Shown one piece after another: positions 9,127 through 19,937 of a DNA stretch of 64,000 nt (within the stretch, counting starts at the first letter, position 1; each line of letters starts with the position of its first letter). The notes beneath the pieces are model-generated. The model worked only from the letters and a program-made list of their open reading frames with translations, did no database searches and was not told the origin of the DNA. The position numbers and the translations under genes were made by a program. This DNA comes from Eubacteriales bacterium. GTDB lineage: Bacteria; Bacillota; Clostridia; Oscillospirales; CAG-272. Location of the stretch: NCBI GenBank assembly GCA_045580325.1, contig JAZNNR010000018.1, positions 33,931 through 97,930 of the forward strand. The letters run 5' to 3'.

Positions 9127-10854
9127 ATGGCTTTTGACGCAGGTATGGTACTTGCGATTGCAAGCGAGCTTGATGCACGTATTGTGGGCGCAAGAGTTGA
9201 AAAGGTGCATCAGCCCGAGCGAGACGAAATAGTACTCCTTCTTCACGTCGGACGTGAAAATCTCCGCCTTGTTATCTCTGCTTCGCCAAACAATCCGAGA
9301 ATACATCTTTCGACGGTAAGTAAGGAAAATCCGTCCGCTCCGCCGATGTTCTGCACGATGCTGAGAAAATATCTCACGGGCGCAAAGGTTCTCTCTATCC
9401 GCACGCTCGGATTTGAGAGAATAATTTTCATAGATTTCGAGGCGCACGATGACCTCGGTTATCCCTTCAAGGTTACGCTTGTTGCCGAGATCATGGGAAA
9501 ATACAGCAACCTTATTTTCTGCCACGGCGACAATATGAAGATACTCGGTGCTGTGCGTCCCGTCGATTTCACAACGAGCCGAGTAAGACAGGTGCTTTCG
9601 GGAATGCTCTACGAAGCACCTCCCGCACAGGACAAGAAAAATCCGCTCGAGGAAACGCGCGAGGGCTTTCTTGACTCTGCCCGCGAAAGCGAAAAGCGCC
9701 CCGACAAATTCATAACCGACACTTATCTTGGAATATCCGCGCTTGTTGCAAGAGAAATATCTCATCGCGGCGAAAAGTCGTGCGAGGCACTCTGCGACGA
9801 GTTTTTCAGATTTGTCGATATACTGAAATCGAGGGATTTCAAGGCTGTAATGATAGTTGACGAAAACTCGCGCCCCGTAGAATACTGCTTTTTCGACATT
9901 ATGCAGTATTCGGGCATGAAAAAGGTGTATTTCGACAGTATTTCACAGCTTATCGAAACATTTTTCTCCTCGCGCGACAACAGCGAGAGAGTAAAACAGC
10001 GCGCCGCAGACATATTCAAGATTCTTACAAACACTAAGGCGCGTCTTGAAAAAAAGACCGTCATTCAGCTTTCCGAGCTTGAGGAGTGCGAAAAAAAGGA
10101 AGAAATGCGAAGGCTTGGTGAGCTTATCACGGCAAATATTTATATGCTGAAAAAGGGTATGGCTCACGCAAGGGTAATCGACTATTACGAGGAAAACACC
10201 CCCGAAATAACGATTCCCCTTGACACACGGCTCACCCCCGCGCAAAACGCACAGGCTTATTTCAAAAAGTATACGAAAATGAAGAACGCCGAGCTTGAGA
10301 TCTCAAAACAGATTGAAAACACTGAGCGCGAGGTCGCCTACATCGACTCTGTGCTTGACAGCCTTTCGCGCGCTTCAGGGCAAAGCGAGCTTGACGAAAT
10401 AAGACGCGAGCTTGCCGAGGCAGGATACAGCTCGGTGCAAAAGCAAAGTCATTCAAAAAAGGCTCAGGTATCGGGTAAACCGATCGAATATGTAACGTCG
10501 GGCGGTTACAGGCTGCTCTGCGGAAAGAATAATCTGCAAAACGATTATATTACGACAAAGCTCGCCGAAAAGAGCGACTGGTGGTTCCATATCAAAAATG
10601 CTCCCGGCAGCCACGTGATAATGTTTGCGCGCGGTGAGGAGCCGTCAGCACAGGATTTTACAGAGGCGGCAACCGTTGCGGCTTACAACTCATCCCTTTC
10701 GGAAGGCAAAAACGTATCGGTCGATTACACCCTCGTAAAGCACATAAAAAAGCCGTCAGCATCAAAGCCCGGTTTTGTAACCTACACGACCTATTGGAGC
10801 GCGGTGGTTACCCCCGACCAAGAGCTGTGCGAAAGGCTGAGAAAGTCAAAATAA
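9127..10854 (+). CDS. rqcH: RqcH / NFACT-family ribosome quality-control protein (fibronectin-binding protein A-like)
   Basis: 575 aa. It has an N-terminal NFACT-N region, a central coiled coil, and a C-terminal NFACT-R/DUF814 region with WWFHIKNAPGSHVIM. Confidence 0.9.
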   Translation: MAFDAGMVLAIASELDARIVGARVEKVHQPERDEIVLLLHVGRENLRLVISASPNNPRIHLSTVSKENPSAPPMFCTMLRKYLTGAKVLSIRTLGFERIIFIDFEAHDDLGYPFKVTLVAEIMGKYSNLIFCHGDNMKILGAVRPVDFTTSRVRQVLSGMLYEAPPAQDKKNPLEETREGFLDSARESEKRPDKFITDTYLGISALVAREISHRGEKSCEALCDEFFRFVDILKSRDFKAVMIVDENSRPVEYCFFDIMQYSGMKKVYFDSISQLIETFFSSRDNSERVKQRAADIFKILTNTKARLEKKTVIQLSELEECEKKEEMRRLGELITANIYMLKKGMAHARVIDYYEENTPEITIPLDTRLTPAQNAQAYFKKYTKMKNAELEISKQIENTEREVAYIDSVLDSLSRASGQSELDEIRRELAEAGYSSVQKQSHSKKAQVSGKPIEYVTSGGYRLLCGKNNLQNDYITTKLAEKSDWWFHIKNAPGSHVIMFARGEEPSAQDFTEAATVAAYNSSLSEGKNVSVDYTLVKHIKKPSASKPGFVTYTTYWSAVVTPDQELCERLRKSK

Positions 10855-10867
10855 ATAAAAATGTTCA

Positions 10868-10905
10868 AAGCAGACAGATTTTTATTATCGGTCTGCTTTT
10901 TCTTT
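10868..10905 (+). terminator. Intrinsic terminator after rqcH
   Basis: AAGCAGAC-15 nt loop-GTCTGCTT followed by a T-run. Confidence 0.65.
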
Positions 10906-10958
10906 TGCCTCCCTCATATAATTGTTATAACGTTATATGCCGAAAGAGGTGCTTTAAC

Positions 10959-11528
10959 TTGAAAATACTTAACAGTCCCGACACGAGAAAAACGGGCAAG
11001 ATCTCTTTTATGGGGCGGGAGGTAATACTCTTTTCTATTGACATACCGCACTGCGACGATGAGGATAATATTTTAAACGCTCTTTTCTCGCAGAGCGCCG
11101 AAAGCTACGAAAAATATCTCGAAGGCTTTGCCGAAAAAGAGATATTTCCCGAGCTTAAAATTATGCTTGAAAGCGGTAAAAGGTCAAGAGAGATACGCGA
11201 CACGCTCGGAATACCGATAAGGGCGACGCTCGTATGGAAATTTTACTTTTTCAAAGAAAAATACCTTTCTCTGAGATGCGAAACAAGGCTTACATATTTT
11301 GACGGCAGAAGTATTTTTACTCTGAAAACACTGAACCTTGACAGCGAAAATATGATACTCAAAAAGGCAAAATATTTCTCGAAAAAAGCTCGCGCGAAAA
11401 ACCAGAATTTTTATATTCAAGGCTCGAAGATTTATACCTTTGAGAAAAATTCCGCCATATGTGAAAACTCTTATACAGTTCCCGAAGAAATTATTAAAAT
11501 TCGTACCTTCAAAATAGACAATATATAG
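10959..11528 (+). CDS. Hypothetical protein
   Basis: The track ORF 10794..11528 overlaps rqcH and its terminator. An in-frame TTG at 10959 follows AAGAGG by 9 nt, which I take as the start. No motif recognised. Confidence 0.5.
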   Translation: MKILNSPDTRKTGKISFMGREVILFSIDIPHCDDEDNILNALFSQSAESYEKYLEGFAEKEIFPELKIMLESGKRSREIRDTLGIPIRATLVWKFYFFKEKYLSLRCETRLTYFDGRSIFTLKTLNLDSENMILKKAKYFSKKARAKNQNFYIQGSKIYTFEKNSAICENSYTVPEEIIKIRTFKIDNI

Positions 11529-11589
11529 GCGATAAAATTGTGCAAAGTCAAGAAATCACAAAAAACAGCTTACAATTATATAAAAACTA

Positions 11590-11619
11590 TTGAAATCTTG
11601 TGTTAACTTATGGTATAAT
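11590..11619 (+). promoter_or_regulatory. Sigma-A type promoter of the V-ATPase operon
   Basis: TTGAAA, an 18 nt spacer ending in TGg, then TATAAT; about 70 nt upstream of the first operon gene. Confidence 0.6.
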
Positions 11620-11688
11620 TGGTATTAGATTGTTTTGACACCTTGGTGTCTGTGATCTTCCCCATACTAAACGAAAGGAATGATATAA

Positions 11689-12009
11689 ATGACAGGCAAA
11701 ATACTCGATGAAATTCTCTGTGCCGAAAAGAAGGCGAGCGATATAAGAGTTTCTGCTTCCGCCAAGGCTTCCGAGATAGTTTCGGACGCTAAAATAAAGG
11801 GCGAAGCACTCTGCCGCGAGGTCAGAGAAAGCTCTCAGACAAAGAGAAAAAACGCTTCTGCCGAGCTTTACCGCGCATCTGATGAATTTCTCGAAAAAGC
11901 CAAGGCAAATGCCGAAAACGAGGCTATGATAGTTTCTGCCGCGGCATCTGCCAATATCCCCGATGCAGTAAACTTCATAATCGGGAAGGTAGGAAGCCTA
12001 TGGCAATAG
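11689..12009 (+). CDS. V-type ATPase small coiled-coil stator subunit (G/H-like; occupies the NtpF position)
   Basis: 106 aa, an Ala/Glu/Lys-rich helix. It is the first gene of the operon and overlaps the subunit I start by 10 nt. Confidence 0.6.
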   Translation: MTGKILDEILCAEKKASDIRVSASAKASEIVSDAKIKGEALCREVRESSQTKRKNASAELYRASDEFLEKAKANAENEAMIVSAAASANIPDAVNFIIGKVGSLWQ

Positions 12010-13961
12010 TCAAGATGAAAAAGCTCACGCTTGCCGCCGCTGCCTGCGATGCAGACACTCTGATGCAAAAGCTCATGTGGACGGGAAGCGTAGAGGTTAC
12101 GGACGCCGCAGCATCGCTCGGCGGCGACAAGGATCTTCCACCTGACGAGAGATTTTCACAAAGGCTTTCAGAGCTTTACTTAAAGCAGAGTGAATACGAA
12201 AAGGCGATTTCCTTTCTGAAGGAATACGAAAAAGCTCCCAAAGGACTTTTCGCTAGGAGAAAGGCTTATACAAGAGAGCGCTACGATATGCCCGAAGAAA
12301 CATTTTCGTCGGCTGACTCTATTTCGCTTGAAGCGCACAAGATCTCCTCGGGACTTGACGACGTCTTCGCAGAAGAAGCAAGAATACGCGCTTCACTTTC
12401 TTTCCTTGCTCCTTGGAAGGATCTTGATCTTTCCCTTTCGGTGAAGGGTACTCTTACCACCGAGATAGTCGCAGGATCGCTTCCGAAGGATGTTGATTAC
12501 GATATGCTTCGTGAGGAGCTCTTCCTCGAATGCGAAAACGCTCTTATCGAAAAGGTTTCGGAAAATGAAAATTCCTCGCACGTTTGCGTTATAGCGCTTA
12601 AAGAGGATCTTGACAGGGTTACTTCACTGCTATCAAAAAAAGGATTTATCCGCGCCGATTTCTCGGCATACAAGCTCTCTGCCGCAGAGGAGTTCACAAG
12701 ACTTTCTCAGCGAAGCGAGATGCTCGAGATAGAGCGCTCAAACCTTAAAACCAAGGCTATGAAGCTCGCGCAGGAAACGCACATTCTCCGTCTTGCGTGT
12801 GATATAGTCAGCACAGAGATCTCCAGAACCGAAGCGCAGAAAAAGCTGATATGCACGAAATCGGCGGTAATACTCTCGGGCTGGGTTCCCGAAAAGAAGA
12901 CAGATGAAATAGACAAAATTCTCGAAGGCTATGAATGCTTCAGAGAATATTCAGACCCCGAGGAAGACGATGACGTGCCCGTTCTTCTTTCAAACAACAG
13001 TATTGCAAAGCCGTTTGAAAGCATAATCGATATGTACGTGCTTCCTACCTACGGCTCATTTGACCCGACTGCAATTATGGCGGTATTTTACTTCATAATC
13101 TTCGGTCTTATGCTTGCCGACGTGGTTTACGGTCTTATCCTTGCTATCGGAGGCTTCATAGCGCTCAAAAAGCTCGACCTCGGCAAAGGAATAAAGCAGC
13201 TTGTGAAGCTGTTTGCAATATGCGGTATCTCCTGTACTATTGCAGGCGTATTCCTCGGAAGCTATATGGGCGACCTTCCCTCCGCGATCGCAGTAGCGTT
13301 CGGCGGTGAGGCTTTTGAAATGCCGCTCACCCTTATAAATCCGCTTGAAGAGCCTATACTCTTTATCGTCGTATCACTCGTAGTCGGATTTGTGCATATG
13401 CTTGTCGGTCTTGGGATAAAATTCTACGTCGTATGCCGCGACTGTTCTTTCCTTAACGCCTTCTTCGACGTTGGCGGTTGGTTCATAGTTTTCGCGGGCG
13501 CAGGACTTATTTTCCTTCACAAGATAGTCGGAATCTCGGTTCTCGCTGTCGGTATCGCCGTTATGATGATCGGCGGTGCGCTCAGTAAAAAGGGAATCTT
13601 CGGAAGAGTGATCGGGGGATTCGGTGCGGTCTACGGCTTCGTCGGATTTGCATCTGACCTTATCTCTTATTCGAGAATCATGGCGCTCGGACTTACGTCG
13701 GCAATAATTGCAAGCGTTTTCAATATCCTTGCAACGATAGCACTTCCGAGTCCTGTCGGATTTATACTCTTTATAGTTGTTATTCTCGTAGGACATCTTC
13801 TCAACCTCGGAATCAACATAATCGGTACATTCGTTCACGCAAGCCGACTTCAGTATATAGAATTCTTCGGAAAATTCTATGAAGACGGCGGACGCAAATT
13901 CGTTCCTCTCACATCGAGTGAGAAATATACAAGCATAACAGCTCCTGAAGATCAGGACTGA
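12000..13961 (+). CDS. ntpI: V-type ATPase subunit I (a-subunit homologue)
   Basis: 653 aa. A soluble coiled-coil N-terminal half is followed by a multi-TM C-terminal half ending HASRLQYIEFFGKFY. Operon position supports the call. Confidence 0.9.
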   Translation: MAIVKMKKLTLAAAACDADTLMQKLMWTGSVEVTDAAASLGGDKDLPPDERFSQRLSELYLKQSEYEKAISFLKEYEKAPKGLFARRKAYTRERYDMPEETFSSADSISLEAHKISSGLDDVFAEEARIRASLSFLAPWKDLDLSLSVKGTLTTEIVAGSLPKDVDYDMLREELFLECENALIEKVSENENSSHVCVIALKEDLDRVTSLLSKKGFIRADFSAYKLSAAEEFTRLSQRSEMLEIERSNLKTKAMKLAQETHILRLACDIVSTEISRTEAQKKLICTKSAVILSGWVPEKKTDEIDKILEGYECFREYSDPEEDDDVPVLLSNNSIAKPFESIIDMYVLPTYGSFDPTAIMAVFYFIIFGLMLADVVYGLILAIGGFIALKKLDLGKGIKQLVKLFAICGISCTIAGVFLGSYMGDLPSAIAVAFGGEAFEMPLTLINPLEEPILFIVVSLVVGFVHMLVGLGIKFYVVCRDCSFLNAFFDVGGWFIVFAGAGLIFLHKIVGISVLAVGIAVMMIGGALSKKGIFGRVIGGFGAVYGFVGFASDLISYSRIMALGLTSAIIASVFNILATIALPSPVGFILFIVVILVGHLLNLGINIIGTFVHASRLQYIEFFGKFYEDGGRKFVPLTSSEKYTSITAPEDQD

Positions 13962-14007
13962 TTATAAAAACAAAAATTTTCTATTATAAATTTTGGAGGA
14001 CAAAACA

Positions 14008-14535
14008 ATGTTTACACTTCTTACAGCAGAAGCTGCTTCTTTCACATTCGGTCAGTATCTTTCTACTATGACCTTCGGTTCTGCACTTGCACTTCTCGGT
14101 GCTTTTCTCGCAGTTGGACTTGCAGGCTGGGGCTCTGCAAAGGGCGTTGGTCTTGTTGGACAGGCTGCAGCAGGCGTTATCTCTGAGGATCCCTCGGTAG
14201 CAGGTAAGGCTATCATTCTTCAGGCTCTTCCCGCAACGCAGGGTCTTTACGGCTTCGTTGTCGCTTTCCTTGTAATGCTCAAGGGCGGCGCTCTTAACGG
14301 CTCTATCTTCACTCTTACTCTCGAGCAGGGTATGTTCTTCCTCGTTGCTTGCCTTCCCATCGCTTTCGTTGGATTTTTCTCGGCTATACATCAGGCAAAG
14401 GTTGCCGCTGCGGGCGTTCAGATGATCTCAAAGCAGAAGGACAAGTTCGGTACGGCTATCACAAGTTCGGCGCTCGTTGAAACGTACGCACTCTTCGCGC
14501 TTCTCGTTTCCGCGCTTCTTATCCTCCTTTACTGA
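14008..14535 (+). CDS. ntpK: V-type ATPase proteolipid subunit K (double-hairpin c subunit)
   Basis: ATG at 14008 follows GGAGGA; the TTG start in the ORF track lies inside that RBS. Motifs: GSAKGVG, LPATQGLYGF, KVAAAGVQ, LVETYALF. Confidence 0.9.
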   Translation: MFTLLTAEAASFTFGQYLSTMTFGSALALLGAFLAVGLAGWGSAKGVGLVGQAAAGVISEDPSVAGKAIILQALPATQGLYGFVVAFLVMLKGGALNGSIFTLTLEQGMFFLVACLPIAFVGFFSAIHQAKVAAAGVQMISKQKDKFGTAITSSALVETYALFALLVSALLILLY

Positions 14536-14613
14536 TAAAACTGATAAAACTGATAAAATAAAGCTAAAATACCTAAAATCAAAACAAAATTTGTCAGAAA
14601 GGACGGCTTTTGT

Positions 14614-15267
14614 GTGAATTCAAGTGAAAAAATCACAGGCAGAATAATCGCGGTCGCTCAAAGCGAAGCTGACGAGATTCTCCTCGCGGCGCAGAAAGAA
14701 GCTGACGCCATTAACAAGGAATATAAAAAGAAAGCCGCCGAAATTGCGGCAAATGCAGAGTCAGAGGTAAGTGCCGACACAGAAATCATACGCTCGCGCA
14801 CGGTAGCATCTGCTCAGAAAATAAAGCGTAATTTACTACTCGAAGCAAAGAATGCAAAAATTGACGAGGCTTTTGAAAAGGCCCGCCAGAAGCTCCTTGG
14901 TCTTCCCGACGGGGACTATGAAAAAATGCTTTCGATAATGCTCGTATCGACTGTGAAAAAGCAGATCGAGTCAGAAAAGCTCTCACTCGAGCAGGACACA
15001 GACGGCGAAATAACCGTTTGCGAAAGCTACTCTGTAATTCTCTCGGGTGCGGATAAAAAAAGAGTTTCCGCCGATATGATAAAGGACGCGTCAGTGCTCG
15101 CCTTGGCATCAGGAAAGACTCTTTCACTTTCCGATGAAAATGCTGACATCGACGGCGGATTTATCCTGCGCTGCGGAGATATTGAGATAAACTGCTCGAT
15201 AGGTCTTATTCTTTCACAGATGAGAGATACCCTTGAGGGCGACGTTTACCGCATACTCTTTAATTAA
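14614..15267 (+). CDS. ntpE: V-type ATPase subunit E
   Basis: 217 aa. GTG start after GAAAGGA. A long N-terminal Ala/Glu/Lys helix precedes a globular C-terminus; operon position supports the call. Confidence 0.8.
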   Translation: MNSSEKITGRIIAVAQSEADEILLAAQKEADAINKEYKKKAAEIAANAESEVSADTEIIRSRTVASAQKIKRNLLLEAKNAKIDEAFEKARQKLLGLPDGDYEKMLSIMLVSTVKKQIESEKLSLEQDTDGEITVCESYSVILSGADKKRVSADMIKDASVLALASGKTLSLSDENADIDGGFILRCGDIEINCSIGLILSQMRDTLEGDVYRILFN

Positions 15268-15283
15268 AGGAGAGTGTGTTTAA

Positions 15284-16300
15284 ATGGCAAACGTAACAAG
15301 TGTAAAAAAAGCCGAAAAGGTGCGCGAAGACGATTATATTTACCTTTCCTCTATGGTCAGAACAAGAGAAAACCGCCGTATAAGCTACGATGCTCTTCTC
15401 AGAATGGCTGACGCAAAGGACCTTTCCGAGATGCTGAAAATGCTTCCCGAATACTCTATAGAGCCCATTTACAGCGAAAACGGTGCTTTTGATGCAGAGG
15501 AAACGGTCAATCGCTATCTCGCAGAAGAGTTTCGCGTCATAACAAAATCAATGCCGCAGCCGAGAATACTTGATTTTCTCAGAGTATCCTACGACTGCCA
15601 CAATCTCAAGACTGTTATTAAATGTATGGCAAGAGGAAGAGAGGACCTTGATGATCTTCTTATTGACCTCGCAACAGTACCCGCAAAGCAGGTTTACGGT
15701 GCTGTGAAAAGACGTGAGCTTGATATTTTTCCGAAAAATATGGCAAATGATTTTCCCAAAGCCGAGGCTGCTTTCTCGGAAAGCGGAGATCCCAAGCTGA
15801 TCGACTCTATTTTAGACGAGGCCTGCTACGCGGATATGCTCGACACGGTTCATTCTTATAACAAGGAATATTTCAGACGCCTTGTTGAGATTAAGATAGA
15901 CACGACGAATATCCTGACCGCTGTGCGTACTATGCGCCTTCGCGACACCACGGGACTTTTTGCAAGTATGTTTATTTGCGGCGGAAGCCTTGACCGTAAA
16001 TTCTTTGAAAAAGCGATGCTTTCGGGCGAAGGAGCTCTTATCTCTGCGCTTTCCTCGAGGGGTTACGCTGTCGCTTCGTCAAACGATACAGAGCTCTCGC
16101 TTACCACTCTTGCAAAAAACTGCGAAGCAATATATATGAAATACGTCGACAGCGCAAAGAGCGTTACCTTCGGTGCTGAAATATGCGTAGCTTATCTTAT
16201 AAAAGCATCTTACGCTCTGAAAATGCTCCGAATGATAGCTGCATCTAAACAAACGGGAGTTCTTCCCTCAAAAATCAAGGAAAGTATCGGAAAATTCTGA
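15284..16300 (+). CDS. ntpC: V-type ATPase subunit C (d-subunit homologue)
   Basis: 338 aa all-helical protein between subunits E and F; size and position are typical. Confidence 0.8.
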   Translation: MANVTSVKKAEKVREDDYIYLSSMVRTRENRRISYDALLRMADAKDLSEMLKMLPEYSIEPIYSENGAFDAEETVNRYLAEEFRVITKSMPQPRILDFLRVSYDCHNLKTVIKCMARGREDLDDLLIDLATVPAKQVYGAVKRRELDIFPKNMANDFPKAEAAFSESGDPKLIDSILDEACYADMLDTVHSYNKEYFRRLVEIKIDTTNILTAVRTMRLRDTTGLFASMFICGGSLDRKFFEKAMLSGEGALISALSSRGYAVASSNDTELSLTTLAKNCEAIYMKYVDSAKSVTFGAEICVAYLIKASYALKMLRMIAASKQTGVLPSKIKESIGKF

Positions 16301-16332
16301 TTTTTCCCTTTTAAAAGGCTGGTGAGCTTAAA

Positions 16333-16650
16333 ATGAACAAAATCGGTATAATAGGCGACACCGAAAGTACGCTCGGTTTTCTTGCGGTCGGATTTTCCGT
16401 CTTCCCTGTCGCTTCGGCAGAGGAAGCCTCAAAAACGCTCGTAAAGCTCGCGGGTGAGGGTTATGCGATAATATATATCACCGAAGACCTCGCGTGTGAA
16501 ATAACAGATACAATAGCAAAATACAAGGATACTCCCCTTCCCGCCGTTATTATGATACCCGGAAAATCGGGAAGCCGAGGAATCGGTATGCACAATATCA
16601 AAAAATCAGCAGAACGCGCTATCGGCGCAGATATACTTTTTAAAGAATAA
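16333..16650 (+). CDS. V-type ATPase subunit F
   Basis: 105 aa with N-terminal KIGIIGDTESTLGFLAVG, immediately upstream of subunit A. Confidence 0.8.
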   Translation: MNKIGIIGDTESTLGFLAVGFSVFPVASAEEASKTLVKLAGEGYAIIYITEDLACEITDTIAKYKDTPLPAVIMIPGKSGSRGIGMHNIKKSAERAIGADILFKE

Positions 16651-16710
16651 CATTTGCAAACTCTTATTGTTAAGAAAGGAACCGTTTAACAAACGGGGTA
16701 CTATACAAAA

Positions 16711-18483
16711 ATGGTAGAAGGAAGAATACTTAAGGTCTCGGGTCCTCTCGTTATCGCAGAGGGTATGAGAGAGGCTAATATGTTCGACGTTGTACGAGTC
16801 GGAGAAGCTAAGCTCATAGGCGAGATAATTGAAATGCACGGCGACAGAGCCTCTATACAGGTATATGAGGAAACAGCAGGCATCGGACGAGGCGACAAGG
16901 TCGTTTCGACGGGCGCTCCTCTTTCTGTTGAGCTCGGTCCCGGACTTATTACCGCTATCTATGACGGTATTCAGCGTCCGCTCGACGTTATTTATGAAAA
17001 ATACGGAACAAATATCATAAAGGGTATCGACGTTCCCGCACTGTCCCGAGAAAAGGTATGGCACTTTGATGCTGCCCTCTCGGCAGGCGACACGGTTCGC
17101 GGCGGCGATATTTACGGTACTGTAAAGGAAACAGAGCTTGTTACCCACAAAATTCTCGTTCCGCCGAAGACATCGGGTAAGATCATCGAAATAAACAGCG
17201 GTGATTACACTATTTCCGAGCCTGTCGGAAAGCTTGAAACAGATGACGGAAAGATAATCGACATCACTCTTTCTCATAAATGGCCTGTCCGTGTGGCGCG
17301 TCCTTACTCTGAAAAGCTTCCGCCTGTAACTCCTCTTGTTACAGGTCAGCGCACGATCGACACGCTTTTCGCTCTTGCAAAGGGCGGTACGGCATGCGTT
17401 CCCGGTCCTTTCGGAAGCGGCAAGACGGTCGTACAGCATCAGCTTGCAAAATGGAGCGACGTTGACATAGTTGTTTACGTAGGCTGCGGAGAACGCGGAA
17501 ACGAAATGACAGACGTTCTTCTCGAATTTCCCGAGCTTAAGGACCCGAGAAGCGGTGAGTCGCTTATGAAGCGTACAGTTCTTATCGCGAACACTTCCGA
17601 TATGCCGGTTGCGGCACGCGAAGCATCTATATACACAGGTATCACTATTGCAGAGTATTTCAGGGATATGGGATATTCTGTTGCAGTTATCGCAGACTCG
17701 ACGTCGCGTTGGGCAGAGGCACTCCGCGAAATGTCGGGACGTCTTGAAGAAATGCCCGGTGAAGAGGGCTACCCCGCATATCTTACCTCCCGTCTTGCTC
17801 AGTTTTACGAAAGAGCGGGCGAGGTAGTTTGTATCGGAAGCGACAGAAGAGTCGGTGCAGTATCGGCTATCGGTGCGGTATCCCCTCCCGGCGGCGACCT
17901 TTCCGAGCCTGTTGCACAGGCGACTTTGCGTATCGTTAAGGTGTTCTGGGGACTTGACGCATCTCTTGCGTACAGACGCCACTTCCCTGCTATCAACTGG
18001 CTGAACTCTTATTCGCTCTACCGCGACAGATTTGCCGAGTGGTTCAGAGATAACATTTCACCCGAGTGGAATGACAACAGCGCAAAGTTTATGAAGATAC
18101 TTCAGGAAGAAAGCGAGCTTGACGAGATCGTAAAGCTTGTCGGTATGGACGCTCTTTCGGCAAACGACAGACTCACCCTTGAGGTAGCGCGCTCTATCCG
18201 TGAGGACTTCTTACAGCAGAACGCCTTTGAGGACGTTGACTCTTATACTCCCCTTAAAAAGCAGGACGAGATGATGAAACTTATCCTTTACTTCTACGAA
18301 AAGGCCTCCGAGGCTCTTTCAAGAGGTGCGGACATCGAGGACATTTCATCTCTTGCAGTAAGAGAACAGATCGGCCGTGCAAAGAGTGTTGACAATGAAA
18401 ACTACCTCACGCACTTCGCCGCTATCGAGAAAGAAATCGACAAAGAGCTTGAGGAAGCGGTAGCAAAAGCATCGCAGATATAA
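16711..18483 (+). CDS. ntpA: V-type ATPase catalytic subunit A
   Basis: 590 aa. Walker A GPFGSGKT, Walker B region [15 protein letters not shown], and the non-homologous insert typical of A subunits. Confidence 0.97.
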   Translation: MVEGRILKVSGPLVIAEGMREANMFDVVRVGEAKLIGEIIEMHGDRASIQVYEETAGIGRGDKVVSTGAPLSVELGPGLITAIYDGIQRPLDVIYEKYGTNIIKGIDVPALSREKVWHFDAALSAGDTVRGGDIYGTVKETELVTHKILVPPKTSGKIIEINSGDYTISEPVGKLETDDGKIIDITLSHKWPVRVARPYSEKLPPVTPLVTGQRTIDTLFALAKGGTACVPGPFGSGKTVVQHQLAKWSDVDIVVYVGCGERGNEMTDVLLEFPELKDPRSGESLMKRTVLIANTSDMPVAAREASIYTGITIAEYFRDMGYSVAVIADSTSRWAEALREMSGRLEEMPGEEGYPAYLTSRLAQFYERAGEVVCIGSDRRVGAVSAIGAVSPPGGDLSEPVAQATLRIVKVFWGLDASLAYRRHFPAINWLNSYSLYRDRFAEWFRDNISPEWNDNSAKFMKILQEESELDEIVKLVGMDALSANDRLTLEVARSIREDFLQQNAFEDVDSYTPLKKQDEMMKLILYFYEKASEALSRGADIEDISSLAVREQIGRAKSVDNENYLTHFAAIEKEIDKELEEAVAKASQI

Positions 18484-18529
18484 AAGCTTACCCATACAAA
18501 ATACAATATAAGTTTAATATGGAGAACGT

Positions 18530-19900
18530 ATGATACGAGAATACAGAACAATAGAAGAAGTCGCCGGACCTCTGATGCTGATAAAGCAGATCGAAGGCGT
18601 AAAATATGACGAGCTCGGCGAGATCGAGCTTGAAAACGGCGAGATACGCCGTTGCAGAGTTCTTGAAGTAAATGGCTCCAACGTACTCGTTCAGCTTTTT
18701 GACAATGCTGCAGGACTCAATCTTTCTACAAGCAAGGTGCGTTTTTCGGGACACGGAGTTCAACTCCCCGTTTCGCAGGATATGCTTGGAAGAGTATTTA
18801 ACGGTATGGGCGAGCCTATCGACGATGGCCCTCGCATTATCCCTGAAAAAACTCTTGATATAAACGGTACACCTATAAATCCCGCCGCACGTATGTATCC
18901 CGATGAATTTATTCAGACGGGTATATCCTCTATCGACGGACTTAACACACTCGTTCGCGGACAGAAGCTCCCTATATTCTCGGGCTCGGGTCTGCCTCAC
19001 GCAAACCTTGCCGCACAGATAGCACGTCAGGCTAAGGTTCGCGGAAAGGACGAGAAGTTTGCGGTCGTGTTTGCCGCTATCGGTATCACCTTTGAAGAAG
19101 CAGACTTCTTCATTTCAGACTTCAAAAAGACGGGCGCTATCGACAGAACGGTGCTTTTCATCAACCTTGCAAGCGACTCGGCAATAGAAAGAATCACAAC
19201 TCCCCGTATGGCACTCACAGCCGCAGAGCATCTCGCCTTCGACTGCGATATGCACGTGCTTGTAATACTTACCGACATCACAAACTACGCGGAAGCGCTC
19301 CGTGAGGTTTCTGCAGCACGTAAGGAGGTCCCCGGACGCCGTGGATATCCCGGTAACCTTTATACCGACCTTGCTACTATGTACGAGCGTGCGGGACGTA
19401 AGAAGGGCAGTAATGGAAGTATCACTATGATACCGATACTCACAATGCCCGAGGACGACAAGACTCACCCTATCCCCGACCTTACGGGATATATCACAGA
19501 AGGTCAGATAATCCTTTCGCGCGACCTTTATAGAAAAGGATTCCTTCCGCCTGTTGACGTTCTTCCCTCGCTCTCCCGTCTTAAAGACAAGGGTATCGGT
19601 GAAAACAAGACGCGTATCGACCACGCAAACGTTATGAACCAGCTTTTCTCTAACTATGCACGTGGCAAGGAAGCAAAAGAGCTTATGGTCGTTCTCGGCG
19701 AAGCTGCGCTTTCCCCTATTGACCGACTTTACGCTAAATTCTCCGATGAATTTGAGGCTCAGTATATAAATCAGGGCTTCTATGAAAACAGAAGCATCGA
19801 AGAAACTCTTGAGATCGGTTGGAAGCTTCTTTCTATCCTTCCGAAGAGCGAGCTCAAGAGGATCAAGCCCGAATTTATCGAAAAATATTATCAGGGTTAA
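18530..19900 (+). CDS. ntpB: V-type ATPase subunit B
   Basis: 456 aa. Contains [30 protein letters not shown] and lacks a canonical P-loop, as expected for B subunits. Confidence 0.97.
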   Translation: MIREYRTIEEVAGPLMLIKQIEGVKYDELGEIELENGEIRRCRVLEVNGSNVLVQLFDNAAGLNLSTSKVRFSGHGVQLPVSQDMLGRVFNGMGEPIDDGPRIIPEKTLDINGTPINPAARMYPDEFIQTGISSIDGLNTLVRGQKLPIFSGSGLPHANLAAQIARQAKVRGKDEKFAVVFAAIGITFEEADFFISDFKKTGAIDRTVLFINLASDSAIERITTPRMALTAAEHLAFDCDMHVLVILTDITNYAEALREVSAARKEVPGRRGYPGNLYTDLATMYERAGRKKGSNGSITMIPILTMPEDDKTHPIPDLTGYITEGQIILSRDLYRKGFLPPVDVLPSLSRLKDKGIGENKTRIDHANVMNQLFSNYARGKEAKELMVVLGEAALSPIDRLYAKFSDEFEAQYINQGFYENRSIEETLEIGWKLLSILPKSELKRIKPEFIEKYYQG

Positions 19901-19937
19901 TAAAGGGCAACTAAAAAAGGAAACGAGGAAAAAGCCT

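Noticed and set aside
16606-17982. Long antisense ORFs opposite real genes. These are 16606..17982 and 19115..20137 opposite V-ATPase A/B/D, 8827..9765 opposite rqcH, 46661..47710 opposite trpB, 37948..38874 opposite the NHL/Yip1 gene, and 30083..30631
   Set aside because: Each overlaps a gene with strong family motifs on the other strand. Their products are Arg/Cys/Ser-rich and lack RBSs, so they are shadow ORFs.
19782-19937. The 5' extension of V-ATPase subunit D, and likewise 10794..10958 upstream of the 10959 gene
   Set aside because: The extensions overlap the preceding gene (and, in the second case, a terminator). Internal starts with an RBS give canonical N-termini.
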